DNA of 61,571 nucleotides, filler included, from Piptocephalis cylindrospora (Eukaryota): NCBI GenBank assembly GCA_003614145.1. It is 2 parts of 2 records of this genome, joined end to end, with 100 filler letters (N's around TTAATTAATTAA, not from the genome) between each part and the next. Parts side by side here need not be neighbours in the genome. Positions count along the whole stretch, not along the records: positions 30,926 to 61,571 come from KZ987753.1; 1 more part is not named here. One strand, 5' to 3'. Shown piece by piece: positions 47,954 to 61,362 of this stretch (position 1 is its first letter; each line of letters starts with the position of its first letter). The notes under the pieces were generated by a model. It saw only the letters and a program-made list of their open reading frames with translations, ran no database searches and was not told where the DNA came from. The position numbers and the translations under genes were made by a program.

Positions 47954-48040
47954 AAGCAAAGGCCACAGGCATAGCTTTAAGCGTCACCACCACCACCACC
48001 TCCTCCTTCCTCTCTCCCCTCATTCATCCTTGAAAGAGAT

Positions 48041-49875
48041 ATGCGTGTCCGTTTACGCTTCCAGCCCTCGTTGGCAACAAATGCCTGCTGGCATGAGATT
48101 CCCGAGGACCTGATGACCGTGGAAGTGAGCAAGTGGTGCCGAGCACTGCGGCGAGACTTTCATCTCAAGGATCTGGCGCCATGTGGCCTCGAGGTCTACC
48201 TGGATGGCCTGGTCCTCTCCCCGAAAGGGCATGTGTTTGCCCTGATCCGCGATAGCGAGTTGCTGGAGGTCCGACCCGTCAAGATGGACAAGTCGAACAA
48301 GCGAAAGAGCTCCATGATGGCCAAGGAGGATGGGCGTAGAAGCACCAAGACCAGGTCGATTGATCCCCAGCTTTCTAGTGATCATGGAAGGACCCAGCGC
48401 CAACTTGGATCCTTTGCCCCAAAGGACAATAAGACCAGTGCTGGACCAAGTAAGCCAAGTAAAGGCATCCCAGCCTCTTCGATATCTGGGTAAATGCACG
48501 GAGGTAGTGGTCGTAGAGGGCTCATCTGATGTTAAAGCAAATCTCATTTTCCTGCTTCATTCAGATCTCTAGATTCTGATGAGGAGAGGACGAGGAGGAG
48601 GAACGATGATGAAAAGAAAAGTGAGATGTCGGATCAGACCTCGACAACCTCGCACAACCCCCCAGGAACGGGATCAAAGGAAACTTTAAAGCGAAACGAG
48701 CGCAAGAAACGCAGGAGGGATGAACGAAAGGCTAGGAAATTGAAGAATTCTTCCGCACCCATGGATGGAGAAAACACGTCCCTTCGGATGCAAAGGGCCA
48801 TTGCCACCGTCACCGAATCATCCGAGAGTGCTTCTTCCTTCCCCATTAGTCACGTCCTTATGGCTATGGACCATCGGAATAAAGTTCGGTCTACTCGTCA
48901 GAAATCTGGAGCTTCTGAGGAAAAACATATCCACTTTGAGGAGGAGGAGAATCGAATGGACATGTCGCCCAGTAATGTTCCCACTGAGGTCTCTCCAGTA
49001 AGTACTTTTCCCTCCTTTATCGGCCCTTTTGGTCCATTAGCCAACACGACTAAACCCATCTCCTCCCCTCTTTCCCCATCCAAAACAGCATGAGACAACC
49101 GAGCAGCCAGGAAGAGTGTTTGTCACGGCTGTTGAGCTAGAAGATTATGAAAAGTTCCGAAAGAAAGGGAAAATGGCTAAAAAGGCCAACCTGAAGGATT
49201 GGTGGGAATACCGTACCCAACCTAATGTGGATTCCTACTTTCAAACGAATGTCAGCCAGGATGCCCTGTACGAAGGGAATGAAATGAGGGAGGACGATGG
49301 TCTGGATGAAGAGTATGATGGTGAAGAGGAGCAAAAGAGGAATCAAGAGATACAAGAAGCGCTCGGAGTGGCAAAGGAAAAAGCATTAGCCTTGCTTTCA
49401 GGGCCCAAGGACTTTCTCATTCCCATGCCACCCAAGAAAGACTATTCTGTGTTGCCTGACTTAAAGGATATCCCTACCCAAGGAGATAGGATTGCCTATC
49501 AGATTCTAGAGCTCGCAGCCGATTACTCTCCATTGATTTCGGATTACAAGGTAAGTGAGCATGAATAAAGTGACGTAAGCTCCTCCTCCACTCCCCTCAT
49601 GTACACTATTTTTCTAGGAGGCCAAGGTCGTAGAAGTGGATGAGTCCACAGGAAGCCTTACCTTATGGGTAGAGGCGCCTTTTGCCGGAGTCTCCCTAGG
49701 TGAATGGGATGGGATCTCTGAAAGAAAGTTTGATATGTCTCCTGCAGGCGATGAGGAGGGTAAGGAGAATAATGTGGACGAGGATGCGGATCAAGACGCA
49801 TTACCAAAGGGTATCGAGGTGATCGTGGCTTACAATGATTTGATGGGAGTCAAGCTGCTTTCTAGTGCTAGTTAG
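48041..49875 (+). CDS. COIL: Coilin-like protein
   Basis: N-domain [24 protein letters not shown]; basic [16 protein letters not shown]-terminal Tudor-like [35 protein letters not shown]; 4 exons. Confidence 0.75.
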
Positions 49876-50259
49876 GAGTGACCAACATCCTATTAGAAAA
49901 TACTGATTTCTTGCCATTGCAATGAATTAGCATACCCATTTACTTGCACCCTTTCTTATTTAAAGTAGGATGAAATCCTATAACCGCCCTTTCACAGTTC
50001 CTGGCCCCAATACATCACATTATACACTAGCACAATCGGCCTTTCATATTGAAATAAAATAGTCCAATGCTATCCCGTTTGCCGGTGACATTGATCTTCC
50101 CACACTTCATAAATGTACTGAAATAACGTCCAGAATTTCCACCCTAAACAAGTGATCCGACAGCCCAAGAAGGCGGTCCATCCAGAGAGCAAGCGGTGCA
50201 ACGGCCCAAGTAGGCCTTGAACAACTCCATTTCTTGCTTCATACCTCTACACAAACACC

Positions 50260-51219
50260 ATGGCCATCCCAGGATCTGTTGCAGCCCTTCATCCTGACCG
50301 GCCGCTCCGTCTGCTCGTCACCAATGATGATGGCCCTCCAGGTTCAGAAAGTCCCTTTGTCGCCGAGTTCATTCAGTCTCTTGCTGCCAATCCACAATAC
50401 CAGGTCTAGTATGTGGAGGTAGCTAAAGAGGGCAGAGACATAGTCCACGCTCATCCCCATCCGCATAGTGTATGCCTCCCTTCCTGTCAGAAGTCTTGGA
50501 TCTCCAAGGCCCATCTCATCACTGAAACCTTACACGCTTCCTTGTACGATCCAGTGACTGGATTGACCAAGGAGCTGACTGAGGAGCAGATTGAAGGGGC
50601 CACCATGGACCCAGCGCACTGGGTATTCGTTTCAGGGACTCCAGCGGCTTGTGTTAACATTGCTCTGCACCACCTTCATACCAAGGCTCCCTTTGACGCG
50701 GTTATCTCGGGCCCGAATGTTGGGATGAATAGTGGCACCACCTACTCCCTCTCCTCAGGCACCATTGGTGCTGCCCTAGAGGCCTCTCTAAATGGGCTGC
50801 CGGCCATTGCTGTGTCTTACGGATACACAAGCCCCAAGGACATTCGTTCAGAGGACCGCGTGACCTTGGCCCATGCCAAAGCCATGAAGGTCATTGATCA
50901 TTTGCTTCAAGGGGAGGTGTGGCCTGAGGGTGCCCTGTACAATGTCAATATCCCGTTGGTGGAGAGCCGGGAGCTCCGGATGCACCAGACCACCTTTCAT
51001 CCTTCCGCTAGTGCCCGTCTGTATGCCCACCAAGGACAGGCCCGGTTCCACTGGCAGGCCGACTGGCAGACGTTGATGCGTCGACAGGACGTGGAGGAGA
51101 CGACCGATATGGCCGTGACTAAGCGCGGGGATGTGAGCATCACCGTCCTCCGGCCCTCGTACGAGGTGGCCAGGGACGTGACCTTGATCCTCCCGTCTGC
51201 AGAGAGCATTGAGCGCTGA
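50260..51219 (+). CDS. SurE-family nucleotidase/phosphatase (standalone)
   Basis: LLVTNDDG; QKSWISKAH; GTPAACV; ISGPNVGMN; SSGTIGAALEA; intron 50409-50468. Confidence 0.9.
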
Positions 51220-51463
51220 GAGGGATGAAATGTGGGTTCCAGGTTCAATGAGGATATATGTGTGTATGTGTGTGGGTGAGAGGAAGGAAATACCAGATGC
51301 CCTTCTCGTCGTATAGATCTCGCCAATCAGTAAAGATACCATGCTCTTATCGCTTTTCCCACCTCCCTCCCAAAGACTACGCCCGACTATCCTGTACAAC
51401 TTTGGCTGGAGATGGGGGTACACTCATCTCAAGCCATCCTACTAATCATCTACCAATTCTCCC

Positions 51464-53972
51464 TCAATGGCCCGAAGCCCCAATTTTGTGCATCCGATAT
51501 CGTTTGACCTTGGTACCCTCCTGAATGGTGGTGGTGGCGGTTGTGGTTGAAGGGCCAATGGACTTGAAAGCCATCAACTCCCTTTCCGCCCGATCAGCCC
51601 GTCCTTGTTCATCCTCAACTTGCCGATGCAGCGATGCATTATCCTGTGGGTGGGGGGTGAAGGGATGAGCCGACAGAAGTGTATCTCGCTTGCAAGATGA
51701 AAAATACATGCGATACATTCTTACCTCCTTCATGGACAATAAATCATCCTTTAACCGGTTCAGATGTTTTATCCTTAGTCGAGTACTAGGATTGGCGAGA
51801 ACTCCATCACTGGCCCGGGAAAGCTCCTCGGCAACTAAGGGATGTTGAGAGCGGATAAACTCGGTCTGGAGCTCCAAGTGCTCCTGGGCTTCGGCCCTCT
51901 CCTCAGCCTGCTCACGAAGGAGGTCCTTGAGCCCCGAATTCTCCTTACTCATTCGATAAAGGTCCCCTTTGAGCCTTTCCAGCTCTTGGAGGTGCTGAGC
52001 ATGACTAGAGTCTGAAGTAGCCTTGAGTTTCTCTAATTCCCGGCTCAAGGCCTCTACACGGGCATGTGTCTGGGGTTGAGAATGCCCTACATCCATGGCC
52101 TCCAGACCCCTTGATCGCTTCCTTGCCTCAAACCCCTTGGCCTCTGTATCCCCATCTTGAGAAGGGCCAGTACGTTGATGAGTTTGAGCCCGTAGTTGCT
52201 CCAGCTCCTTCTTGCATCTAGCCACCTCTCCTTCCAGCTCTCTGATCCGACCAGTCCGATCAGGCCCACCTTGTCGGATCCTCTGAGCTACCTCAGCGCC
52301 TGCCCGTTCCAAGGAGGCAATAGTAGAGGCATGGTCACGCATTAGACGTTCCCGATCCAAAAGAGCTTGGATACGGTCCTTTCCCGATCGATCCCGAAGT
52401 TCTTTGACCTCCCCGGACATGACCTCCAGATCCGACCGAAGTTGACGAACTTCGGCCATGGCCATGTTGGCTCGAGACTCGAGGAGAGATGTGACCATCC
52501 TGGCCTCTTCCTTGCAAGAATCCACCTCCTCCTTGGCTGTCTTATGGGCATTTTCTGCTTCTCGGGTTCTTCCCTGAAGTAATTGGGTTAGTCGAGTCTG
52601 GTCTTTCTCAAGGACCTGAACGAGACCACGTAGCATGGAAAGCTCCTGTTCTTGCTCCTTCTTTTCGTCCTCCCCGACTTTTTGATCCATCCTGGGCGCT
52701 AGGGTGCGCTTGGGGGATGGTGCGGACATACGCCGTTCTAGAGCCTCCACCTTGGCCTTGTGCTGGTCATGCTGAGCGCGGAGTAGGGAGTGTAGATGGT
52801 CCATCTCCTCCCTCATGCTCTTCTCCTTGACCCTGGCCTCCTCCTCTGTCCTTTCCTTTTCCTGAGCCAAGGCAGCGAGGGAATCCTGGAGTTGCTGTAC
52901 TTGATGAAGATAGGCAGCGGCTTCCTCTTCAGTGGCCATGTTCTGATGCTTCTCCACCTCTTGAAGGGAATCCAAGGCGTCTTGCAGCCTTTGGGTATCT
53001 TTGGACATTTGACGTACCCTTCCTTCTAGGAAAGCAGTCTTTTCCTGCTCCTCCCCCAGGAGCTCCCGGGCCCTGCTTAGGTTAGCAAGGGCATCAGTAG
53101 CACCTTTTCCCTTCATAATAAGATGATCCCTTTCTGTTCTTAGAGACCTAATCTTATCTCTCATCCCTTCTACGGTACGTTCAAGCTCTCGCACCCGTCC
53201 AAGATGATCCTTTCCTGAGGCCTGAGCCTCTTGACTAGCCCTCTTTCCCTCCTCGACCTAAGGGATAAATATAAAGGATGAAGGTAAGAGAGCGGGAGCT
53301 TGGGGGAGGAAGGAAAGAAAGGAATGACTTACTTGAGCCTTGAAGTGGGATAGACGATGGTTGGTCTCTTTGAGATCCCCCTCCACCCGTTTGCATTGAG
53401 CCTCCAGCCCCCGCTTCTCCTCGGCCATGCCCACTAGATCGGCTTTTGCACGGCCAAGCCTTCCCCGTATCTCAGCAAGGGAGCGTTCATGCTCCATGGC
53501 TTCCTTGTTCATCCGTTCCTGCAAATGCTTCAATTCTCGTTGTAGACTCATGTATTCTGCTTTACCAACGCCCACGGTGGAGGGTTTTCGAGTTGAAGAA
53601 GCGAGAAGCCTACTTCCCCGGTGATCTGGAGTATTCTCATCCACCGGTGGAATGATTGTGTCTTTTGGTATAGGAAGGTAAAGATGAATTCAAAGGGCTA
53701 TTGGCTGGGATGAAACGATAGCTTACTACTGCTGTCTTCCCGATCCTTGAATCGTTCAGATTGGCCCATGGGTTTGTACTTTCGATTAGAGTCGTTCCTG
53801 GAGAGCTTTGAGTCATAATTTATGGGACTTGGCTGTGCAGAGTCTGTATCTACGGGAAGGGATGAATGAGGCTGTGCCCAATTGGCAAGGAGTAAGGGAA
53901 AGAGTGTGGTGACTGACCATGTTGAAGTCTTTTACCCTTCTTGTCGGGAAAACGTTTACTTGTGCCAAACAT
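51464..53972 (-). CDS. Long coiled-coil protein, HMMR/RHAMM-like
   Basis: N-terminus MFGTSKRFPDKK-..PSPINYD..SERF, long heptad region, C-terminal LANPSTRLRIKHLNRLKDD; about 5 exons. Confidence 0.65.
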
Positions 53973-54649
53973 GCAGAGTGAGGAAGAGTGAATAGATAAT
54001 GTGTGTGGAGGGAAAGAGAAAGAAGAGAGAAGATGAAAGTGGTCGTCCCTCCACACGGGCAGATAATAACAATAAAGTCACTGTGGACGGGGTCAACGGA
54101 GAGACGCGCTGATTGAGATAAATGGAGGCTGGACGCGTGTTGCGGAGTTGACTCTGAGATAGTAACAGAGTGGAGCTGCTACCATGCCAGCCCAGACTAG
54201 GCAGCTCCCTTCAGAGTGAGCGAGTTACCAGAGTAAATTCCCAATAGACGGTACAATAATCATGGTGAAGGCAAAGGCATGAAGGAGCATTCTACTTGGA
54301 TGTCCTTTGCATCCACTAGACGTTCATCTTTCAGGCCCGTCAATGACTGAGGGTTTCCCTTTACAAGGAGCTAATCCTTCACTACCCTTGAGGATATCGC
54401 CTCCAATCTCATTCCGACCAGCTAACAATATACATCCGTCAGGCCCGGAGTAAATAAGAAAGTAATCTTTGGAGGATCTTCATTACTCTACGTGGTCCAC
54501 CCCGTAAAAGCAGACACGTATCCCCCCTTGCATTACCCATCACTCATTGACTTTACCCCATCACCATCCTGGCTGAAATCCCTTAGGGGAGTCCAAGAAA
54601 AGAGGAAAAAGGACCATTTAGTGCGGCCTAGCATCCACGCCAAGGTCAA

Positions 54650-56150
54650 TTAGGGGGTCAGACGGGACTCAAGGGTCCGGAGGGCGCTTTCCTTGGCCAG
54701 GAGATCCTGTCTCTTCTCACTGATCTCTCGCTGCACCCTGGCCTCCTTCTCGCGTAACTTATCCTCCTCGGCCTGAAGGGCTTCCTCACGGATACGGATC
54801 TTGCCGGCCTCGTCATCTTCATCTTGGCTGCGGGGAGAATTGCAGGGAATAAATTGGGAGGGTGGAAAAGGGGAGGGTGGGAAGAAAGAGAAGAAAGAGA
54901 GTATGAGTGGATCTTGGGGTGGAAACAAAGCCTCTTTTTATCTCCCTGAAAGCATACGCACACACACACAGAGAGAGAGAGAGAGCAACTCTCTCCTCCA
55001 CACACAGACACACATACACACACACGCATACACATGCCCACATGCATCCTCTAGCCCCCCAACCCAAACCATTTCCCAAGGAGCACACTCACGAATAATC
55101 ATCCTCGTCCTCCTCTTCCTCGGCGCCACCGCTGAGCTTTTCGGTACGGTAGTTCTCGTAGAGGAAGTCGTGAGTAATTTCCTTGAGGTCGTTCAGATGG
55201 GAGGAGAGGAGGGCGTACCGGAGCTTGGCCAAGTCACAATGATCCGTATTATCCACCTCAACCACACCCCAAGGGTACTGACGCACACGGATCCCATTAA
55301 GCTGATCATCCCCACCGATGATGGCGAAGGGAAGGAGACCCTGGGTCAAGGGGGGAGGAAAAGAGGGAGGAAGGGTGAGACCGAAATAACCCTCTTCACT
55401 CATCCACGCAAGATCAAGGCAGGAAAAAAGAGGCTTACCCTCAGCTCCGTGTTCTCCTCCACGGTCTCATCATCATCCTCCTCAATGTCATAGGGAAAGT
55501 TGTAGATAGGGATGTTGTAGTACTCAATGTCCTCCATGACTCGTTTCTTGAACTCAAGAAGTTCCTGACGGGTGAAGGAATCGGCCTTGCCGATTACGGG
55601 GATGACATTGACACGGGGAGAGAGTTGGCGCATAAACTCGACATCCAACTGCCGAAGGCTATGACCGGTTGGGGTAATGAAGTAAAGGAGGGCGTGGACG
55701 CGATTATCCTTAAACTTGGGGTTACGCTTGATCCTGGACTCCTCGGCCAAGACATCGTCGTAATGCTTTTCCACATACCCCAAAACCTCCTTGAAGGCAC
55801 TGGAATTGTCAATAGAATCTCCAAATCCAGGAGTATCCACCACAGTCAAGGCAATCTTAAGCCCATCCTCCTCCAACTCCACCTGACTTGGCCGAAGACG
55901 CACCTGCCCCTCCTCGTGGAACTCGGCAGGCTGAGTCTCAGCCACCTGCTTCCCACACAGGGTGTTGATGAAGGTAGTCCTCCCAAGGCCGGAAGGGCCC
56001 ACCGTCATAATGGTGAATTGGATCCCCTTTTTCAGGTTCTTTCTACGATGTCCGAGTCGCTGTAGACGGGAGGAGGAGAGGAGAGGAGAGGAGGATGAGC
56101 TGGTGAGACTGGGGGCCAGAATCTAGAAAGACCCCACTTACATGGGCCAT
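54650..56150 (-). CDS. CDC11: Septin, Cdc11/AspA group
   Basis: MAH-RLGHRRKNLKKGIQFTIMTVGPSGLGRTTFINTLC; DTPGFGD; EESRIKRNPKFKDNRVH; RQYPWG; YENYRTEKL; 9-nt first coding exon; 4 exons. Confidence 0.9.
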
Positions 56151-57314
56151 GGCAAGAGGTGGAGCAAGTGGCTGGGTCCTGGGTGGAACGAGGAGAGAGG
56201 TGAGAAGGACAAAAAGGAAAGGAGAAGAGTACCGGACAGAGGGAATTAAGTTGGTGAAGGATAATGGAAGAAAGGAGGGGGGGAAAGAAGAGGAGGGGTT
56301 GGGGTGGATCGGGCCTAGAGTGGTGGAGTGGTGGAGGAGATTGTAAAGTAGGGGCTGGATGGGGCAAGGCGAGACGTGAGTGTGAGAGCGGACATGAAAG
56401 TGCGGGACAGAGAGGTGCTGGGGCTTGGCCTTATTGTGGCTGAGTCGGAGAAGTTATGGGAGGGGTGTACAAGGAAAGGGCAGTTTAGGGAGTGCCACCA
56501 CATGAAGCCCTGAACAAGGCGACGAAGTGAAATGGATTGATGGACAGCCACTTTGGCGTGTGTGTGTGTGTGACAGGGGCATACTGCGGATCCGCAGTGG
56601 TTCTTTTCAACCATGAGGGGCCATCCTCTCACAGTATGAGGACGATGAGGATTATAAGGATAAAAAAAAAGGTAAAGCCACAATGAAGAGCGACCATGAA
56701 CAAAGCGTCAAGGAACGGAGAGGAGTGGAGAAAACGACCCATGACCATGCATCTGGGCATGCAAGAAGGACATCCACTTTGACGGATGCTCAACCCCATC
56801 AACAACAAAAAATGACACTGTCTAAACTGCAATGGGTGGATCACAAGAGTTTACAGCTAGAAACCACCTATTATCCCCAAAGCACGTCTATGCACAGGCT
56901 TTTAGGCAAAGATCATCTGAGGCATAGGACATTTGTATGCGTGTGTGCATGTGTGCAGCCCGCTTATTTCATCATTCTAGCGGATGTAGCTAGGTCTTCA
57001 AGGACAACGCTGCCGACCAATCACGATGACCGGGCAGAGATGTACACAATGCAAGTCTGAGCCGTCTGATGTGCGTCCTACAAACAATAACATGGTAACA
57101 TGGTACAGTCCCATTCCATGCCCCTATTCCGTCAAAACGGTTTTAAACCCATTTCTAAAAAAAAAGTAATAAAAAAAGGGATAAGGTGTGTATTCATTCT
57201 CTCGGCTACGCACCAACCATCGCCGTCGTCATTGTCATTCATGCTTGTATACCGCAGCATGTCAATCTACGGCCCGACCCCGACCACACAAAGTTCGAAG
57301 AGTAAGATGAATAT

Positions 57315-60300
57315 CTAAAATCCCCCATTACCCCATCCACCATACCCTCCTCGACCTCCCCGACCGCCGCCACCACGTCCGCCTCTCCCGTATCCGGACT
57401 GAGGATAACCGTTGCCACCACCACCACCACCTCTACCTCCCCCGCCCTGGTATCTGCCCCCTTCAAATCCGGTAGAGCCAGGATTTTGCCCATATCCCCC
57501 CCCCCCCCGGCCTTGGGAGTAGGTCCCATTGTACTGTGAGTATCGGGAGGGAGGAGGGCCACCGCGGGGTACCCCTGGTTGCCCATATCCACCGCCCCCA
57601 CCGCCCCATCCACCATTGTTACCTCCACCCCAGCCTCCGCCCTGCTGAGCCCCTCCCCCGGGCATCCCATAGGCCTGGGGAGAGGGATGGTAGCCCTGGG
57701 TAGGGTACCCACCTTGAGCAGGATAGGCGTGGGTTGGGTAGCCTTGACCATATTGGGATGGTGGGGCTTCCTGACCACCCCCATTCCGGTTGTAGTAGAC
57801 ATTATGCTGCATGGCCTGCTCCTGGTGTGGGGCATACGTCTCCATCCCACCTCTACCCCTGCCTCTGCCTCGTCCGCCTCGACCCCGACCACGGCCCCCA
57901 CGCATCTGAGACTGTCGGTATTCGTGAAGAAAGTTCCGATCCACGCTCTGAAGAACCCGAGCAGGCATTTGGACCTGGGGATGAAGCTGGGCGGGGAATT
58001 GCCCCGCAGCGATCAGAGGATTCCAGTAACAGGCATTGATGGCTTGGTTGTGCTTTAACTCATCCAGACCATACGCCTCGAGCGGGGAGGGATACGTAGC
58101 CTCGGGCACAAAGGAAGGTTCCTTGGCCACAAGACCCAGCAAACCTTGGGATACCTTGGGGTCCAGAGCTATCCGGCCTTCCTCATCCACCACCTCATCC
58201 TGCTCAGTCCCGTACAGCCGACACATTGTATCATAGAGAGAAGCGTTGGCCTGACCCACAAAGAGCACATCCTGTCCATGCGAGTTCCTCACCTTCTCCT
58301 CTGGGGTTAGTTGATCGTAGAGAGGAGTCAGAGCGTTGAGGAGTCGGTCTTCATCGATAAAAGGCAAAAGGATAACCGCTTGCCACAGAAACTTCTTCCC
58401 ATTCATGTCAAGGTCAAAGTTCACAGGGTAAAAATCATGGATCTCCGAGGAGGGCTGGGTCATGAGATGATGAAAGGGTGTGGGCAGGTGAGAGCGGGAT
58501 GCGGCGGGGAAGACACCCATAAGCTGCTCAAAGGGCTTGAACGGCTTGCCCAACTCAAACTTAAACTCCATGTCGCCAAGCCCCTCAAAGTCTGAGGCAA
58601 ACGGGGCATAGTGGTAGGGATAGTACCACTTCCAAGAGGGAACACCCTGGTAGTAGTACTTGAGGACCCAGCAAAGGCCCTCCACATAGCTACGGACTAG
58701 AGATTGACGTAGCTCCGTATCGGAAAGCTCAGCACCAAATTTACCCCGATAGTACCGTTCTTTAAAACCAGTCTCCCATAATCGAACATTATCCTCGGGT
58801 TCCTCATCCTCATCCGCCTGAGGCTCCTTGGGTTTGGGAACAGCTTTGGGGATATCATCACCTTCCACAACCACCTTGGTCGGCTTCTCCTCTACTTTAG
58901 CCTGGCCCTGTGCCTTTTCTTCCTCGGTCGTCGTCTCCTCCTCCAGATGTCGCTTCTTTCCAATCACCGTGGGCTCGGAAGAACCCTCCGTGGTGGATAC
59001 TTCCTTCTTCAGGGAGGACTTGAGGGCCGCAGCAGCACTCTGATTGGCTTTCTTGTCCGCGGGCTGAGGATGGGCCCGGGGATTAGGGTCCTTGGAGGAG
59101 AAAAGTTGCATGGCAGAGGAAGAGGCCATATCCACGCCCTGAGGCAAAAAACTGGACATTTCCCCATTGACAGGGGCGGGCTGGGAAGATCCCTGGCCCT
59201 CTCTGGGCCTCTGACCCTGTTGACGCTGGCGTTGTTGCATCTTTCGACGTTTAGCCGCTGCCTTTCTTCGGTCCTCCTTCTCTCGACGCTCGACAAAGAC
59301 CTTGTCTTCTATCTGACCCAGCTCGGTGCAGATGAGCTGGAGACGGGTGAGATTGGCCTCCCCACTGTCGGTGACGTACCCGCCCATATGGGGGAGGGAA
59401 CGTTTCCAGATATCAACGAGAGTATCGATGGCACCCTCCCGGATCTCCAAGGAGGGGAGATGGGGCAAGAAGTCATTTCCGACAAAGTAACACAGGAACA
59501 CCCAATCATCCAGGGCTCGTTCCAGATCAAAAGGGAACCCCGAGTCAGCAATCCGGAGTTCGATCTCTAGGTACTCTCGAAGAACATTGACATGGAGGAA
59601 GACGTAAGGAGTCTGGGCCTTATCCGGCTTATCCTCCCCATCTTCGGCCTTTGCTGCTGCAAGTGCCTCCTTCCCCGGGCATGAATCGGCAAAATGGCCG
59701 GTGCCGCCGCACGCAAAGCATTTGTCTGGGCCGTTCTGGCCAGCAAAGACATCCTCTCGAAGGATCTTGAAATAGGGTTCATGGGTAGCTAATGCCAACA
59801 TAATTAAATCAGCATCCTAATGAAATACGAAGGGAGGGTAAGGGATGATATGAGTGGATGGGTCTCCGTATTCACTCCAGAACGCCATATGAGGACAAGG
59901 GGGAGGGCGGATGTAATTTCCGATCCCCTTGACCTCCAAGTAAGAACTAAAGCAAGAAAAAGAAAAGAAAGGCTTACAAGACCGTAAAGAACATGCATCG
60001 TGTTTGGGTTGTAACCGGGACTATTACGTTGTCTCCGGATAAAGTCCATGATCTTATGCTCGCCCTCCCCGGGAACACTGGCATCAGAGAGAATGACTTT
60101 GAGGTGCTTCCAGCCTGGGTCAGTATTGAGTTTCCGAATAACGTAATATCGAAGGCAGGCAGCGAGCTTGGACATGAAGGGGGTTCCTGGGGTGATGCAA
60201 TTAGAATCAAAATGCTTCTTGCCGGTCTTGACATCCACGAAGGGCGACTCGTCCTCATCCATCCCGGCACGTAATTCCTCCTCCTTTTCCTTCTCCTCAT

Positions 60301-60842
60301 CCTCCTCCTCCTCCTCATCGTCGTTGGCCGCCTTGGTCTCCTTGTCCTCGGCATCCCGCTTCTCCTGAGCCTCCTGAGCAGCACGGAAACGACGGGATCT
60401 CTGCTGATTCATCTTTGCGCGTGGGGCCACACCATCGATGGCCATGTACAGTACCTTCCGAGGGCGAATCATGGACATGAGTCGATCGATGTACTTGAAG
60501 ACCTCAAGCATCATCTCCTCCTCAGTATCTGGAGCAGGCTACAATAGGGGATAGGGTGAGTCGAGGAGTGAGGGAAAGCGTATACCAGCAGATGAGATGA
60601 GCTAAAAAAAAAAAGAAAAGATGGGAAAGAAGACATACCTTATCTTCAGGATGGCAACAGGGATGAACAACATTATTCATATCAAGATACAAGTTATCGT
60701 ATTCTTCACCGTTGGGATTGGGCCGGGAAATGTCGATGGGAAGGGTGATGCCGTTGATCTCCCGGACAGGCTCCTCGGCAACCTGGGACGAAACTTTGGG
60801 GTATTTGGTGGCAAGCCACCTGAAGAGAGCTGGAACTCCCAT
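57315..60842 (-). CDS. XRN2: 5'-3' exoribonuclease 2 (Rat1/Dhp1)
   Basis: [52 protein letters not shown]; zinc knuckle [17 protein letters not shown] tail; 3 exons. Confidence 0.96.
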
Positions 60843-61290
60843 GGATCACGCTGGGAAGAGGGGAGGGGGTGATGGTTCGAGGGCACGAGATGTAATGTAA
60901 GCTGATGAGGGAGAGAGGGAGAGGGATCAGATCAAAGTCTGAAAAGGTAGAAAGAAGAGAGGAAGAGGAAAAGGTGGAATGTACCCAAGACTAGGACCGG
61001 AGAGATCCCGTTCTTTTTCACTAAACTAAGCCTAGAAAGATGTGGAGGGCACGACTAGTGAGTGGGACGGTATTGATGAGAAGATTCTCCACACTATACA
61101 GAGTGCCAAGCAAGAGAGGAGACGTGTGTTGGCGCTATACTGGGTGGGTGGGCGGATTGGAAGGGAAAAAGGGGAAAATTTTTACCTTTATTCACTCCCC
61201 TCCCCCTTCATGGGGAGATCCTTAGCAAGTGATGAATTTCGCTGTTACTACTTAGCAAGTGATGAAGGTCTGGCACACCAGAAGGCGTGC

Positions 61291-61362
61291 GGTCCCGTAG
61301 TGTAGTGGTTAGCACGCAGGACTTTGAATCCTGAGACCCGAGTTCAATTCTCGGCGGGACCA
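61291..61362 (+). tRNA. tRNA-Gln (anticodon UUG)
   Basis: GGTCCCG/CGGGACC acceptor stem, D arm with TAGTGG, anticodon arm CAGGA-CTTTGAA-TCCTG, T loop GTTCAATTC, short T-tract downstream. Confidence 0.95.

Noticed and set aside
55975..55995. Septin P-loop GRTT instead of GKT/S
   Set aside because: Normal for fungal Cdc11/AspA septins.
54828..59976. Extra microexons in the longer introns of the septin (about 265 nt) and XRN2 (about 160 nt)
   Set aside because: The flanking exons join in frame with no missing conserved residues; microsatellites explain the septin intron length.
10785..60842. Apparent cluster of RNA-processing genes (Y14, SmD2, UTP18, FRG1, coilin, XRN2)
   Set aside because: They are interspersed with unrelated genes and split across an artificial contig join; expected in a compact genome.
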